Shown piece after piece: positions 15,061-30,506 of a stretch of DNA of 64,000 nucleotides. The number at the start of each line of letters is the position of its first letter. The stretch's first letter is position 1. The position numbers were made by a program, and so were the translations under genes. Under the pieces are notes generated by a model, which was given only the letters and a program-made list of their open reading frames with translations, was not told the DNA's origin and ran no database searches. Source of the DNA: the human T2T-CHM13v2.0 reference genome, Homo sapiens; assembly GCF_009914755.1 (NCBI RefSeq), contig NC_060941.1; one strand, given 5' to 3'.

Positions 15061-15860
15061 TGATCTGCAAGTTTAGGTGTTCAGTTTTAGGATAATTTTA
15101 TTTGCTTCTGCTCAATTTCTTCTATTCCTCCCATCAAATACACCATTAATATACATTTTGGCTCTCTCTTTTCTGTTATCTATTTGTAGCATCACCCCTT
15201 TCATGAATTTATTTTATTTTTCTTTTTCCTCTTGATTGTGAGTGAGTTGCTGATCATATTGCTGATGTAATTTTTTTTGCACTGTCGATTCTTTTCTTAA
15301 CTCTTTTTGTACGTTAAAACGTCTCTTTTCACATGTTTAATATTGTTTTCTGCTTATCTCATCTAGTTCCCTTTTTATAACTCCTTCTTAACAGCTGCCT
15401 TTTGATCTCACTGTATTGTCTTTTGTTTTAATACTGTTGACAATACAAGACAAATGTCTAAAATTTATGTCTGCTTCCTGCAGTAAATCTCTTAAAAAAG
15501 AATGCTCTTCTATTGCTATGGAAATAGTATACTATCCATCTGTGTTTAGGATCTCCTCTTGTATCTCATTTTACTTTGCTTCTATTTTTTCATATCTGAA
15601 CAATAAAGCTTCTATCTGAGTCTAGAACTTGTTCCCCAAAATAGATGAGTGGGTTCTTCTGAGATCATCTCATTGAGGTCTTAAGTGTGAGGGCAGTCTG
15701 AGGACTAGAGAGAGATCTACAGTCATGGAGCAGAAAGGCAATTTCATGAATGGGTAGTGTCTTTTCTGTGGCAAAGCCACTGAGCTGGGCATCCATCCTG
15801 GTTGTCAGATTGTCGTGTTCCTGGCCCACCATAGCTGGATGAGCCATAGTGTTCTGCAGA

Positions 15861-15861
15861 G

Positions 15862-15906
<45 letters not shown>
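15861..15906. repeat. (GT)n microsatellite
   Basis: About 23 GT units with one interruption. Confidence 0.95.
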
Positions 15907-15908
<2 letters not shown>

Positions 15909-16159
15909 TGGGGGGTGGGGGAGTGTGTGCTGCAGCCTCCAGCCCATTGTTTGGTGCAGCTGCCATGCCCTGGTCTACCAAGGTAGTTAACCATGACATT
16001 CCCTTTGCCCCATTGCACTGCTACCCTCTACATGAAGAAGAAACTCCCCATCTCCCATAACTGCCACCAATAGTCTTATACTTGACACATAGAACTTCCT
16101 AGTGTTCAAATTTTCATTTGTGAGGTGTTACTCCACATACAACCCAGAAATGACATATA

Positions 16160-16510
16160 GCCCTTCATGTGTTAACTCAGTGTTCTTTCCTATGCCTGGA
16201 ATATGTCAATATATATTTTTCACCCTTGCAATTTCTACTCCTTGAATGCCTGGCTCAATGGTCCTTTTCCATGCCAAATACTTTTGGGTTTCTCCAGCCA
16301 GAGTTATTTCTCCTATTGTACCTTATACATATCTCTATTTCAGCACTTGGTAAGTTGTGTTTTAATTGCTTATTCTTCCGTCTTCCTAGTTAGCATATGA
16401 ATTCTAAGTTGTCAAGGATGTGTTTTATTCATCTCTGTTATCCCTTCTTTGTTATTGGCATCTAACAGACTGCTTAGTAAATGTTTATAAATGAACTAAT
16501 TGAGTGAGGA
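16160..16510 (+). mobile_element. L2 3' end fragment
   Basis: tgtgttttattcatctctg...tgcttagtaaatgtttataaatgaa. Confidence 0.5.
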
Positions 16511-17189
16511 GACTTGAACACTTCCTTTATCTTTGGTTTGGTGATCTGTGTGGGAGCTCAGTTTTGAGTGAATGTTGGAATTGCAATTCTCCTAAGCACA
16601 TCTGTCTGTGCTGACTGTGTATTTTGTCTGTGACAGTCCTCCCTCCTGGCTTGCAAACCAGGGAACAGCCGAAAACTCCAAACACATTGTCTTCCACTCC
16701 TAACAGGTACACAATGTTTGCAACCACCGCATCCCTTTCTCTAACTCTTCAAAAACAAGCCATGCTAACTGTTAATTGGAAGAGGCCTTTAACTCTAAAA
16801 AGAAGACAACCCACTTTTTCAAGTTCTTGTTGCTATAAATCACACTACGTCTATAGCAAGATGCCTGTCTCTCTTTCCTGACAAAACTGTAGAATTGAAT
16901 ATGCCAAGCTCTCTCTGCTAGGTATGCTTTACTTTCAATATTTCAACCAAATGTCGAAGAGACAGGAGAATGTCTTGTCTTTAAGGAAATCCTGTCTGAT
17001 GATTTAGAAGGAAGATTGAGATGGAGCCTGGTGCTAATTATATTCTGGTTTTCTCTAGAATTGAGTTGTATGTTTGGGAGCTAGGAGACGATGGGGGCCG
17101 TGGTGCAGTTATATCTTTAGATGCAGAAAGTATCTACAATAAATGAGAGTTGCATGGTTTTTTGTCCAATCTGTGGATTTTTTTCTTTC

Positions 17190-17305
17190 TTTTTTGCAAT
17201 GTATTGAGGTATAATTGCTATGTGAAAACCTGCACATATTTATAGTATACAATTTGATGTATGTAATCACCTGTAAAAATATGACCATGATCAAAGTAGT
17301 GTACA
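17190..17305 (-). mobile_element. Old L1M 3' UTR fragment
   Basis: attgaggtataatt...aacctgcacatatttatagtatacaatttgatg. Confidence 0.55.
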
Positions 17306-17456
17306 TGCATATGTATAAATCTCATGGATTTATGTGACATCAGGATCAAAAGTTCTACATCCACAAGGGCTTATACATTTTGTCAGTTTTTAACCTGTTG
17401 CAGACATTGATTTGATTTTTTTTTTCTTGTCACCTGGCCTTTAAGCTCTTCTCAAG

Positions 17457-17782
17457 TTTTCTTTTCTTTTTTCTTTTCTTCTTTTTCCTTTTTTTTTTTT
17501 TTTGAGATGAAGTCTCACTCTGTCACCAGGCTGGAGTGCAGTTGTGCAGTCTTGGCTCACTGCAACCTCTGACTCCCTGGTTCAAGCGATTCTCCTGCCT
17601 CAGCCTCCCAAGTGGCTGGGACTATAGGCACGTGCCACCACACCCAGCTAATTTTTGTATTTTTAGTAGAGACAGGGTTTCACCATGTTGGCTAGGATGG
17701 TCTCGATCTCCTGACCTTGTGATCCACCCGCCTTGGCTTCCTAAAGTGTTGGGATTACAGGCGTGAGCCACCGCGTTCGGCC
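17457..17782 (-). mobile_element. AluSc-like
   Basis: Reverse Alu with T-rich tail; ggatggtctcgatctcctgaccttgtgatcc. Confidence 0.93.
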
Positions 17783-18748
17783 TAGGTTTTATTTTCTCTG
17801 TCATCATAGCTTTCTACATCAGAGTGATTTTTGTTTTCCATTGACACTGATGCTGGTTAGTCTGTATCCACTAACATCGTATGTGTCAGGGAAAAAGGAT
17901 TTCATTCATTGTGGTTCTGCCCTCTCTCCCATTGAATCACAGTTCTCTGATTGGGTCTTCTTCCAGAACCCTTGAAGACCCTCTTCCACATTCTGACCAC
18001 TACTCCAACCATGTGGATGGAAGTGAGTATTTCTACCACCTTCTCCCCCATGGGAGAATCGTTCCCATGGCTTCATAACCCTTTGTGCATGTTGATGCTC
18101 AATTCTGCCTTCCTCTTAATCATAGTTTCTTCACTCACCAGTCAGTGATAGCTGTAGGGTCTTCAGGTTTTAGCTAACATGCTAACAGGATTCTGGTGGT
18201 GATCTTACTCCAACATGAGATTTCTCATCTGATATCCACTAATATGGGAAGCATTGCACACTTGGAATGAAAAAGAAAAAGGTTGTTAGGCTGTCATATA
18301 GGTTTAATCTGAAAGCATAGCTGAAAGCATCTTAACTCAGACTAGAAAGTTGTTACTCAGATTGCCACCCCCTGAAAAGGGGTAATTCATTTCCCTTTTC
18401 CCAGACAAAATACTTGAAATCAGGCTAGAATCATACAGTCTTCAAATTACCTTGTGATCACTTGTTTGATACACAGGACAGAGTCATTTCTCCAGGGAAC
18501 CATAAAACTTGTTTTACAAATACTGTTTGAAACAAGCAGGTCATCCATGGGGTTGGAAATCCTTTTACCAGGGGAAGATTCTTATAGGTGTAATAATTAT
18601 AATGTAATTTACTCTGTGTTTTGTTGCTGTAGCATGTTTACTGCCCAGTTTGGCAAAAGCTGGAGGAGGCAACAGGATTGAGCAAAGTTTGGGCAAAACT
18701 GGGTATATTTGTAGATAAGGTGGTTATCACACATGCTCAAGAAAAACA

Positions 18749-19621
<873 letters not shown>

Positions 19622-19769
19622 TCAAAAAAAGAAAGAGAGAGAAAAAGGGAGAGAGATAATTATAAGATAGCAAATAGAAGTAGAAAAGGATTGGGGACAG
19701 GGATTTTGAAAACATGGAAAAACTCTGATTCTAGCTTATAAGGATAAAGATTAATGAAAACAGACATGT

Positions 19770-20732
19770 TTGTATGTTTCTGTTTTGGTTACTATTTGAT
19801 GCTGTTTGGATGTCCCACCATAGTCTCATGTTGGATTGTAATCCCCAATGTTGAATGTAAGGCCTGGTGGGAGGTGTTTGGGCCATGGGGACAGATCCTT
19901 CATGGCTTGGTGCTGTTCTCCTGACAGTGAGTGAGTTATCTCGAGATCTGTTTGTTTAAATGTGTTGCACCTCTACTCCCTCGTCCTTGTTCCTGCTTTC
20001 ACCACATGACATGCCTGCTCCTGCTTCACCTTTTGCCATGAGTAAAAGCTCCCTGAGGACCCCCTCCCCCCTCCAGAAGCCAGGCAGATGTGGCACCATG
20101 CTTCTACAGCCTGCAGAAATGTGAGCCAATTAAACATCTTTTCTTTATAAATTACTCAGCTTCAGGCATTTCCTTATAGCAATGCTAGAAAGGCTGAAAG
20201 CACTATTGCTGCATAACAAACTACCCACAACTTAGTGACATAAAACAACTGTTATGCTATGCTCACAAATTCTCTGGCTCAGCCCCAGCCACAGCAGGAA
20301 TGGCTTGTCTTTGTTCTAAGATACCTGGGACCAGCTGGGAAGACTCAATAGCTGGGGGCTGGAGTTATCTGGAACTATCTTCACTAACATGCATGGCAGT
20401 CGATGTTGGCTATCAACTAGGACCTCAGCTGGGCCTACCTCAATTGGAATTCCTGCACAGGTATTCTACACACAGCCTGAACTCCGTCACAATACAGAAG
20501 CCTCAGGGTAGTCAGACTTCTTATATGGAATCAGTTTCAAGTATGAATGTTCTAGTGAACAAAGGGCAGTTGCATTGATTTTTATGATATTGCTTTGGAA
20601 GGCGGAACAAAACTTCTGTTGTATTCTTGTGGTCAAAGCTGTCACAGGTCTATGACATGTGACACATGATTCAAGAGGATGGGACATTGGCCCTAATTCT
20701 TAATGGGAATCATGTCAAAAAATTTGTAGGAT
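19770..20732 (-). mobile_element. Old MaLR LTR (MLT1G/H-like), interrupted by MSTA
   Basis: ctattgctgcataacaaactacccacaacttagtg...; split at the ctatt TSD. Confidence 0.6.
19797..20202 (+). mobile_element. MaLR LTR MSTA-like
   Basis: tctcatgttggattgtaatccccaatgttg...gccaattaaacatcttttctttataaattac; 5-bp TSD ctatt at 19792-19796 and 20203-20207. Confidence 0.88.
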
Positions 20733-20923
<191 letters not shown>

Positions 20924-22010
20924 TGAAACGAACACAGTTTTGTAATTCACCTCATCTACCCTACTCTAAGCTTTTAAAGGCTTCATCCAGGGATCTTACT
21001 ATATATGTTTGCTTCACTACTGAGTGAATCTCAATACCTCACAATAAGTAGATGGTGAGTAAAATAAATGAGTTCATGTAAGATGATCAGAATCTTTTTA
21101 GATAAAATAATGCAAAATGTTTGGAGGAGTTGAATTATTTAGATGGCAAAGTGTATAGAAAAATGTAATATGTTCAGCAAGAAAGGAATAAAAGTTCAGA
21201 AAGACAGTATAAAACATATTCGGGTTTTCCCCTTGAGACTGTGAACCCCATGAAGGTTAATGCAGAATCTGTTACTCATCTCTATCTAAAACTTCCATCG
21301 GACTTGTCATGTAGGAAATATTGAGTAAATACTTTTGAATTGGTAGAGAAAAATTAGCCTTAGGTCTGAGTCTACACCTAAACCTCTATGAACTCAGGAA
21401 CAGGGGTGAAGTCATAACCAGAGGTGATAAAAACAGACAAGAAAGAGCTTGATGTGTCTACGAGAGGACATGATAGCTGCCTTTGGATATTGAAAAAACT
21501 TCTAAGCAGCATAGGGTAAAGACTTCATCCATGATGCTCCAGGTGGGAGAACGGGCACCAACGGTGAGGTGGGTTTGGGGTTCACTTTGGAAAAAGCTAT
21601 TCAACCATAGAATGAACTGTAAACTCTCCCACACTAAGCTTGGTAGAAAATACTTGAGCTGTATCAGGTTCAAAATGTTTATAAGGTAGAAAACATGTGG
21701 TTCAATCTTAACTGAAGCAGATCCCTAAAAGGAATAATAATTCAATGTTTGAAGCAATCTAGAAATCTTATCAATTTTGGCTCAACTTAATAGGAAATTT
21801 ATGGACCCAAACCTATGAAAAATAAAACCCCTATAGGAAATGCATTAATAAAAAACATCCTTTATTTTGTGTATTCCAATGGTTGGTTTCTAGTAAAACT
21901 TCTAAGAGTTTAGGGCCAGATTAGAAAAGCATGAATAAGCAGTATTGGAATGTTTACAATTTCTATGTGAGGTTCATGAGCATGGGAAGGAGAAGGAGAA
22001 GATTCTAAGA

Positions 22011-22201
22011 CTAGTGGTTCCTATAGTATGTCCTCCAGAAGACTGGCACTATCAACATTACGTGATAATTTGTGAAAAATTAAAAATTTTGAGCTCCTCC
22101 CAGACCTACTGAATCAGAAACTCAGAAGTAGGGCTCAGATATCTGTGTTTTAGTAAGATGTCTAGGTGATTCTGATACAAGTAAAAGTTTGAGAACAACT
22201 G
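22011..22201. mobile_element. MER5A
   Basis: tagtggttc...cccagacctactgaatcagaaactc...gattctgat...agtttgagaacaactg with TIR remnants. Confidence 0.85.
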
Positions 22202-22491
22202 AATTAGACCACTTTTAGGGACCCTTCTAACTGAGATCTTATTTCATTAATACATATTCCACATGACCATACACTCCTCAAAGGCAGAAATCACACCTTT
22301 TATTTTTCATGGTTTCTTACAGAGACTCACAGTTCTGGCATCTGTTAGATTCATAAGAAGAAACCATTAGTATAATTTCAGATGTTGGACCACCTCAAAA
22401 GACTTGAAATTCCATCTTCAAATTACAGATTGACATCCCTTTTATTTCCTGCCCTTCCTGAGCCTTCCTTGAAGTTCAGTATTCAAATAGG

Positions 22492-22612
22492 GGCTGGGCA
22501 CTGTGGCATGTGCACATACTCAGGAGGCTGAGGTGAGAAGATTACTTGAACCCAAGAATTCAAGACCAGCCCGGACAACATAGCAAGATCTCATCGCAAA
22601 TTTTTAAAAATA
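22492..22612 (+). mobile_element. FLAM (left Alu monomer)
   Basis: ggctgggcactgtggc...ttcaagaccagcccggacaacatagcaagatc, A-rich end. Confidence 0.8.
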
Positions 22613-22924
22613 GCAATTAAAAAGAAAAGAAACTGATAAGATCTTATTCAGTTTTCCAGAAAAATATTCTGTAAAGTTGGCAGAGGAGCAACTTTTGGAT
22701 ATTCAGACTCAAGTGAAGAGTCAGTATTCTTATTACTTTGGGATTGGATTTATGTATGATGAAATTGTTTTTATTTGATTCTTACATACTTCCTGCAAGG
22801 AACACATGTTATGAAACTTTAAGTTAATGTTTGATTGTTCTATGCTTAAATGGCAAATGCTAATAACAGCCAAACTGAAAGATGTTGCAAAGAGTCAGAA
22901 AGCCTGTGAAGGTAGTTGACAGCC

Positions 22925-23050
22925 TTCTTTTACAGATATGCCAACTGAGGCCCAGAGAAATGAAGTGCTTTGCCCAGGGTTGCAAAGCTATTTATTAATG
23001 GTACATCCAGGATTAGACCCCAGATCTTCTGACTTCCGTGTCAAAACATT
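22925..23050 (-). mobile_element. MIR fragment
   Basis: ttttacagat...actgaggcccagagaaatgaagtgctttgcccaggg...cccagatcttctgact. Confidence 0.75.
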
Positions 23051-23639
23051 TACCATGACATTAGAAATTCCCAAAGCAGGATGACTGAGGTATATCTCTA
23101 TTTAAAAATCCTAAGTAAAAGTAAATGTCATGATGTTTTTTAGAGTTTAGAAACATTGGTGTATGCATATTGCATGCCTCTATTCAGAAGATATGGCATG
23201 TCTGGATTAATCTTCTCTATTGTTACTTTAAGTAGAAATGACTAGTCATGTATTTCACTAACTGAAACACATTGAATAGAAAATAAAATCACTGCCCTAG
23301 AGCCCTTTCTGACACTAATGTATGCATGTTTATCTTTGCCTTCATATTCCACTAGACAGGTGTGTCTGTGAGGAAGCTTTTAAAAGTGTTTTCAAAGGAG
23401 AAAGCTGTGCTTGTAGCTCTAGCTAGATTTGACTGGCGGCTGTTGAGTCATAGATGGGATTGAAAGAGCCCGTGGTGATAGTTCATAAAATGGATTCTAG
23501 AGCTGCTGGTTTGCCCAATGCCAGGACTTGTCTCTGGGCACCAAGTAGGCACTCAAGAAATTAAAATGACTTCCTGACTTTGAGGCTCCATGTCAGATAT
23601 TATATATATTTGAATTTGTTTATTTAACAAATTTATATT

Positions 23640-23790
23640 AGAGAGGCCATAAGGCCTAATAACTAAGAACACAAGTGTTGTAGTCAGATTGAGTTCTAAG
23701 GCCAGCTCTACCCCTTCACTTGCTTTTAGGCTTTAAACAAGTTGCTTACCCTCCCTGAGCCTTAATTTCCTAACCTATAAAAAGGGGTTC
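23640..23790 (+). mobile_element. MIR fragment
   Basis: caagttgcttaccctccctgagccttaatttcctaacctataaaaagggg. Confidence 0.65.
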
Positions 23791-23792
23791 AT

Positions 23793-24340
23793 CTGTTAGG
23801 ATTCAATCAGAGAAGCAGAACTAGGAGATTTGGCCTTATACAATTATAGGTACTTGTTAAACACTGTCTGCAAAGCTCCTGTCTTTGTGACGGATGCTGG
23901 TTCCTGAAGCGTTCAGGGCAGGCAGTTGGGAAGGACAGGTGAATATAAGGTGGAGAAGAGGACGGGCAAGTTGGGATGCATGGGCATGAATGAGAGCCTT
24001 CAGGGACCAATCAGAACCTGTGTCAATTCTCATTGCTTCCAACTTCCATGAAGTGGGACGAGTCCTGCAAGAGAAGCTGACATTCTTCATCAAAGAGCTA
24101 AACATACACCCAGCTGAGGAGATAGAGAAACCAAAGTTGTATCCAGGGGAAGGTGGAGCAGCTGTGGGTTTGACTGTTAGCCCAGGTCAACGAGGTGAGC
24201 CAGCAGACAAGCAAAAAGTGCCTAAGCACAAAAACAAAATGGCCCCACTTCACTTCTGTGCTCCAAATCTGGCACGAAAGTCGACCCAACCCAGAAACAC
24301 CGTGAAGGGGATTCTGAGAAATGTAGTTCAGTCTTGCAAG
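23793..24340 (-). mobile_element. ERVL-class LTR (LTR40/41-like)
   Basis: tgttaggattcaatcagagaagcagaac...ggggattctgagaaatgtagttcag; subfamily uncertain. Confidence 0.45.
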
Positions 24341-25739
24341 GTGGACAGGTCACACAGATACCACGTGGGGTGAACCAGACCACTCTGTAGACTTGTAATT
24401 AGTGTACTGTTAGTGTGCAGCCTGAGAAAATACACAGTGATTATGATGATGATGTCGTGTGGTTTCCACTGTGAACAACAGTCTATTTCAGATATGGTAG
24501 AGGCCAGAAACATGTCTTGAGCTCCTATTCTCAAGTTCTTTACATTCTAACATAAGAAAGAATACATGCAGATGAGACATTATAATTTTAACAGTTCCCC
24601 ACAATTACAATGTTGCAAGAATGGCCTGTTTTGAATGGACCAGTTTGGGGGGCTTACCCTTTAAAACATTAAAATTATTTCTTATTTTAATCATTTTTAA
24701 TGAATATCTTTCACACATGCATTTTACATTTTCTGACATCTTACATAGTATGAAGGAAAACATTTAAGCTTTCCTGTATGACTCAGTCATCACTGGGAGT
24801 GTCAGTTAATTGCATTGTTCTATAACGGGACCAGTTGTATTTGAAGCAATTTAGGCTGACGCTAAATTGTCCTATTGATTGACATTGTTCTCTCTTGTTC
24901 TCTGCTGGCATTTGCCATGATTTTTAATCTTTGTGCCTATGATGATATCTCTCCCTTCTTCTAATTTGCTGCTTCCAATCTGCTATCGACTGAGAAACCA
25001 GATAACAAAGCTTGTAAAAACTATGCACAACATGCAATCACATAAGCCTGATGAGAACTTGAGCAAAACCCATTTTTCTGCATTTTTTCCCTTTCTCAGA
25101 GCAATGCGATTTCAATGCCCCCATAAGTAGTGTTTCTTTCATTTTGTAGATTACTAAGTAAAGAACGACAGTATACTTTTATACAAAATGGAGGCACTTC
25201 CAACAAGTGAGGCCAAGTGGTGCCTTGGCTCTCTATGTGAACAAAGGTTTCCTGATAGTCCCAGTCAAGAAAGCCAGTGGGAGGATGGAGTGATCATACA
25301 GCACAAGGCAATCTAGATGTGTGGGCTCAGAAGGACCTCCCTGTGGCAGTTAGGACCATTGTCACACTGGATATGGCAATTTAGTTTCAGCAAGATGTCC
25401 CTAGCCAATGAAGTTTATGTTAGTAACTGTAGTTTTTAAATTTTATATTCTTTGCTATTTGATTTCTAAATTTTATAATTTAAAAATACCTATAATGTGG
25501 GATGCTTATACATAGGTTCATATGGTGTGTGTAGTTGCAGTAAGCGTGCTTGTGCACGGGGAAGCATTTTATTTTGACAAGTAAGAATAACTTTCGAGTA
25601 AGCTTCGGCCCTATCTGTCAAATTATGCTCATTTCAGTTTTCTGCTCATGTTAAGGAGAAAGCTTTCAATTCTGCCTGTCTGGGGACTTCTTTTTCCTTC
25701 AGCCTTTGCACTGGCAGTGTTCAATTTTGCTTTGTGATG

Positions 25740-26000
25740 CAATGTAGCATAATAGCCAAGAAATGGGCTCTGGGGTCAGGCAATGTGGGTTTGAATCTCA
25801 CTTCTAACAAATCACTAGTTACGTGGCCTTGAGCAAGTTAAACTCTGTGTGTCTCAGTTTCCTCCTCCATTCAGCAGAGATAACACATTATATACCTGCT
25901 AGGGTTCTTGTGGGGATTAGATGATTAGATTCATACAAAATGTTAAGAACAGTGCCTGGCAAAAAAAATGAGTGCTTCTTAAATGTTGGCTATTGATATT
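25740..26000 (+). mobile_element. Near full-length MIR
   Basis: tRNA-like head, core (tctcagtttcctc) and L2-like tail (aagaacagtgcctggca...taaatgttggctatt). Confidence 0.85.
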
Positions 26001-26966
26001 CTGGCTTTTCTGTCATTCCAGAGCCTCGAAGCATAAAATGATGCTGAAAAGAAATGAAATGAAAGGAAGATGAGCCAAACCATGAAAGTTAATACTGGCA
26101 TTATGAAAAGTATTGCTATGCATCCAATTTATTTAATTATAAGTGGTTTTAATTAATTTCAAAAGAAGATGGCCATCCCCATCAATGTTTGGCAGAATGC
26201 CTGCATTTGAGGATGAAGAAAATATTGTGTGTGTGCACATGCGCATGTAATGCTTTTACGATGAAAAATGACTTCAATCATCAATTCGAAATCCTGTTCA
26301 AAGTGAAATCACATTTGCATGACAAACAACACAGCATCTACCAATTAGAATCATGTTTACTTGGCAGAAAGTAGAGCATTTGTGAAACCAAACACCAGTG
26401 TTGCAGCCACAGAGGAGAACTGCATTTTATTCATCTTTTTGGTTCTAGCATAAGACATAAAAGGTACTCAACTGGTGTCTAAAGAATGCACGAATGTATC
26501 GTTTAATAAATGACAAACACACAGAGGAAAGAACACAGATTAGCTGTCTGTAGAAGGGTGAGAACAAGTGTCAAAAAGGAAAAAATAAAATAACAAAAAG
26601 AGTAGATTAGTGGAAATCCATATTACTCTCAAGCTGTAAATTGATCCAGCAATGTAGGTCTCACCTCAATTGGTCCTCCATGGTAACTGCAAGATTTGGG
26701 GTGGTAAGAATGGTGGTGCAAATGTGTGTAAATAAAGTGTGTGTGTATTTGAATGTGTGCACTCTTTAATTAATTTAATCTGGCTCACCCAACCTCTTCT
26801 ACTTGAGTCCAAAATCACAAAAGAGAAGTTAATGGCCCTTCATTATCAGTCATATCAGACAGCATATGCAATAGCTTTCTTGAAACTCAGTGCACTCTTT
26901 CCCTAACTAGGACCATTATCTTGTCCCTTAATCTATAACTATGAAGGGGGAGAGAGTAGGTTCTGA

Positions 26967-27306
<340 letters not shown>

Positions 27307-27869
27307 TGGCTGCTCACTTCTTATTCTCACTAGAATCAGTACATAAAAGAAGAAGAAGATCCTAGGAAGCTTACCCTTGAGGGTCTTCATGAGATGGCTT
27401 AATTTGTTATCCTCATGTTCCCTTCATGTAGCATGTCAGGTTTGCTAACCAGAAACTGCTGCAAATTTTTTGCAGGAACCACTATTACCTGGTCCTGCAA
27501 GTCCTACAAGAAAGTCCTCTTGGGAACTCTCATCCCCTCTTCTCAACCTGGCTTCTGCCCCATGTAAACCACAGAAAATCTCAGGCACAAGACAAAGGGG
27601 GTTCCTAATGGGTATGAGCTGTGGTCATTTCTTACCTTCAAGTTCTTTCACTTATGCCTTATCAGCCTCTTTGGATATTTGCTTGGAATTACAAGTATTA
27701 ATGTCACTTCTTGCTGTAGTTGTTGTTTATGTGCCTACAGTGGTGCTGATTGCCGGCTGACTCTGACCTCCGCTCTTCAGATCTATCTGAGCTATTGTTC
27801 AGCCTCAGCAGGAGGCAACCCCAGGAGCCTGGCTGTGAGCCTCCAGCTGATGCTGTTGTGGGCAATCTC

Positions 27870-28100
27870 ATGGCATTAATAATATTGAGTGAGAAGACCT
27901 GGGATTGAATCTCAGCTCCAACTCTCTCCAGCTTCATGACCATGGGCATGTTACTTCACTTCTCTGAGCCTAACATCCTTATTGCAAGGAGAAGAACTAG
28001 TCTCTCCCTCCCAGGGTTATTAGGAAGATCAAAAGAGATAACTCATGTGACTGGAATATGGAAAACCTGCTCTGGAGCAGATGCTTAAATAATTATTATT
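27870..28100 (+). mobile_element. MIR
   Basis: gacctgggattgaatctcagctcca...gaccatgggcatgttacttcacttctctgagcct. Confidence 0.75.
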
Positions 28101-29245
28101 CCTGCTTTACCCCTGTTGCAATGCTTGTTATACTTTCTTCACACCGTAGATTTTAGAGAAAAAATGTTACAACCCATTGGGATAAAGAGATGAGGCTCTT
28201 CAAGCCAGAGGTTTCAGCTGACCCAGACTTCAGCTTACGCGGTATGCCTGCAACCAGCCAAGGCTGTCTGCATGCCACAGCACACCTAGTGGGAAGCTTT
28301 GGGATGGCAAGTGTGAATCTTGACCCTTGTGAAGAATGTGGCCTCTGAGGCAGGGCTACTTCTATTTGCTCATTGAGACACAGCAACATGACAGTGGCAA
28401 CTCACATAATGGTCTCTCTGCAGTGTTTTCACCATGGCGTCCCCTGCAAAGTAAGGTGACAGTTTTAGGGCTTCGTCCAGCCCCAGATACGTAGTTAGCC
28501 CCCCGTAGATATTAACTGTCATTGGCTTTGTAATTACTCTAATTTGAACCAAACTGGGCCTAGAATAACCAAAAATTTGTTTTTCTGTCCAATCACTTCT
28601 TCAAAATGCTCCACCCCGTTTCTCCTTTCTCTCCCTTATGAACATCTCTGTCAGACCCGTCAGTCTTCTCATCGTTTTCTGGTATTAAAGAATACAAAGA
28701 ACACAGCAGGAGCTTCAATCTCATTCTCATTTGTTCCCAACTTCTCCACCGACCTTGGCTGGAGGCCTCAGAATGGGACCTGTGAGTAGACTTCTCTTTC
28801 CATTCCTTCTTGCTTTCACATCTGGTATGTTGGGATTTGCATATGGGGTTGGAGGAAGGGGAAGCACCTTTTTTTGTAAGGCAGTACTGGTGGCTTGCAG
28901 ATTTCCTATGTTAGGGAAGAAAGAGTACAGAGGTTTTTCACTCCATCCTTGCACAGGTGACCTTTGCCACTTCCACTTACATTTATTGGCCAAAACTGGT
29001 CACTGGCCCTTTCCAACTTGCCACGGAGCTAAGAAGTGTATTGTGCTGGGTGCCCAGGAAGGAGTGGAGAGCTGGGACCACTGGGGAGCACTATAAATCT
29101 CCATCACAGGCCATTTGTGTGGTAAGCTCGTTTTAGGAAAGAGTGTTGAATGTCTACGGGAGCAGATGATGAGGAGAGGGAGTAATGGAGCTGAAAGACC
29201 AGGGACTTTGCTATTCGATGATCCTGCTTCAAAACACATCTGCAT

Positions 29246-30197
29246 AAATTGGAACCTTTGCACTGTTGGTGGAAATACAGAATGGCCCAGCTGCTGCGGA
29301 AAACAATATGGAGGTTTCTCAGAAAATTAAAAATAGAGCTACCATATAATCCAGCAATCCTGCTTCTGACTTTCCTGCCCCATGTAAAGTAGTTTCCTTT
29401 CCTTACATACAAAGGAAATCTAATAAATATCTCGAAGAAATAACTGCACTCCCAGAAACAAACTCACAAACAAACTTACCACAAACAAACAAACAAACAA
29501 ACAAAACCCCTCAAAACCCATGTTCTTTGCAGCATTATTGACAATAACCAAGGTACGGAAATCACCAAGTGTCTCCCACAGATGAATAGATAAGAAAATG
29601 TGACATATACATATTATGGAGCACTATTCAGCCTTAAACAAAAATATCTGGTCATTTGCAGCAACATGGATGAGCCGTACAGACATCATATTAAGTGAAA
29701 AAACCCAGTCACAGAAGGACAAATACCGCATGAGGTTCCACTTAAACGAGGTATCTATAATAGACACAGAGCAGAGAATACAATAGTTGTTGCCAGGGAC
29801 TGCTGGGAGGGAGAAATTATAACTTGTTGTTCAATGGGGAAAAGTTTTAGTTATGCTAGATGAGTAAGTTCTAGGGATCGGCTGTATAATATAGTGCCTA
29901 TGGTTACACTGTAATATAGTATACTAGAGTAAACAATACAGTGTCATGAAATTCAAAATTTGTTAAGAGGGAAGATTTCATGTTCAGTGTGTTCCTTACC
30001 ACAAACAAACAAACAACCCCCGCCCATCCAAAACCCAAAGAGAAACAAGGAAACTTTGAAAGGTGTCGGATATATGTTTTACCTTAATTGTGGCGATGGT
30101 ACCACAGGCATTTGCATATATCCAAACTCCAAATTATACACATTAAATATGTGTGGATGTTTGGATGCCAATGATAGCTCAATCAAGGTGTTAAAAA
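29246..30197 (+). mobile_element. L1MA8-10/L1MB1-like 3' end
   Basis: aaaattaaaaatagagctaccatataatccagcaatcc; 3' UTR tagatgagtaagttctagggatc...ttgttaagagggaagatttcatgtt. Confidence 0.85.
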
Positions 30198-30206
30198 GTC
30201 TGTGTT

Positions 30207-30505
30207 GGCCAGGCACAGTGGCTCATACCTGTAAACCCAGCACTTTGGGAGGCCAAGGCAGGCGGATCACTTGAAGTCGGGAGTTTGAGACCAGCCTGGC
30301 CCACATGGTGAAACCCCATCTCTACTGAAAATACAAAATTAGCCCGATGTGGTAGTGCATGCCTATAGTCCCAGCTACTCAGGAGGCTGAGGCAGGAGAA
30401 ATGCTTGAAACTGGGAGGCGAGGTTGCAGTGAGCTGAGATCGTGCCATTGCACTCCAGCCTGGACAACAGGAGTGAAACTCCATCTAAAAAAAAAAAAAA
30501 AAAAA
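30207..30505 (+). mobile_element. AluSq-like
   Basis: Full Alu, A19 tail; upstream TSD aaaaagtctgtgt. Confidence 0.93.
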
Positions 30506-30506
30506 G

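Noticed and set aside
15861-15921. GT repeat adjacent to G-runs (possible Z-DNA/G4)
   Set aside because: Only two long G-tracts; a common feature with no evidence of function
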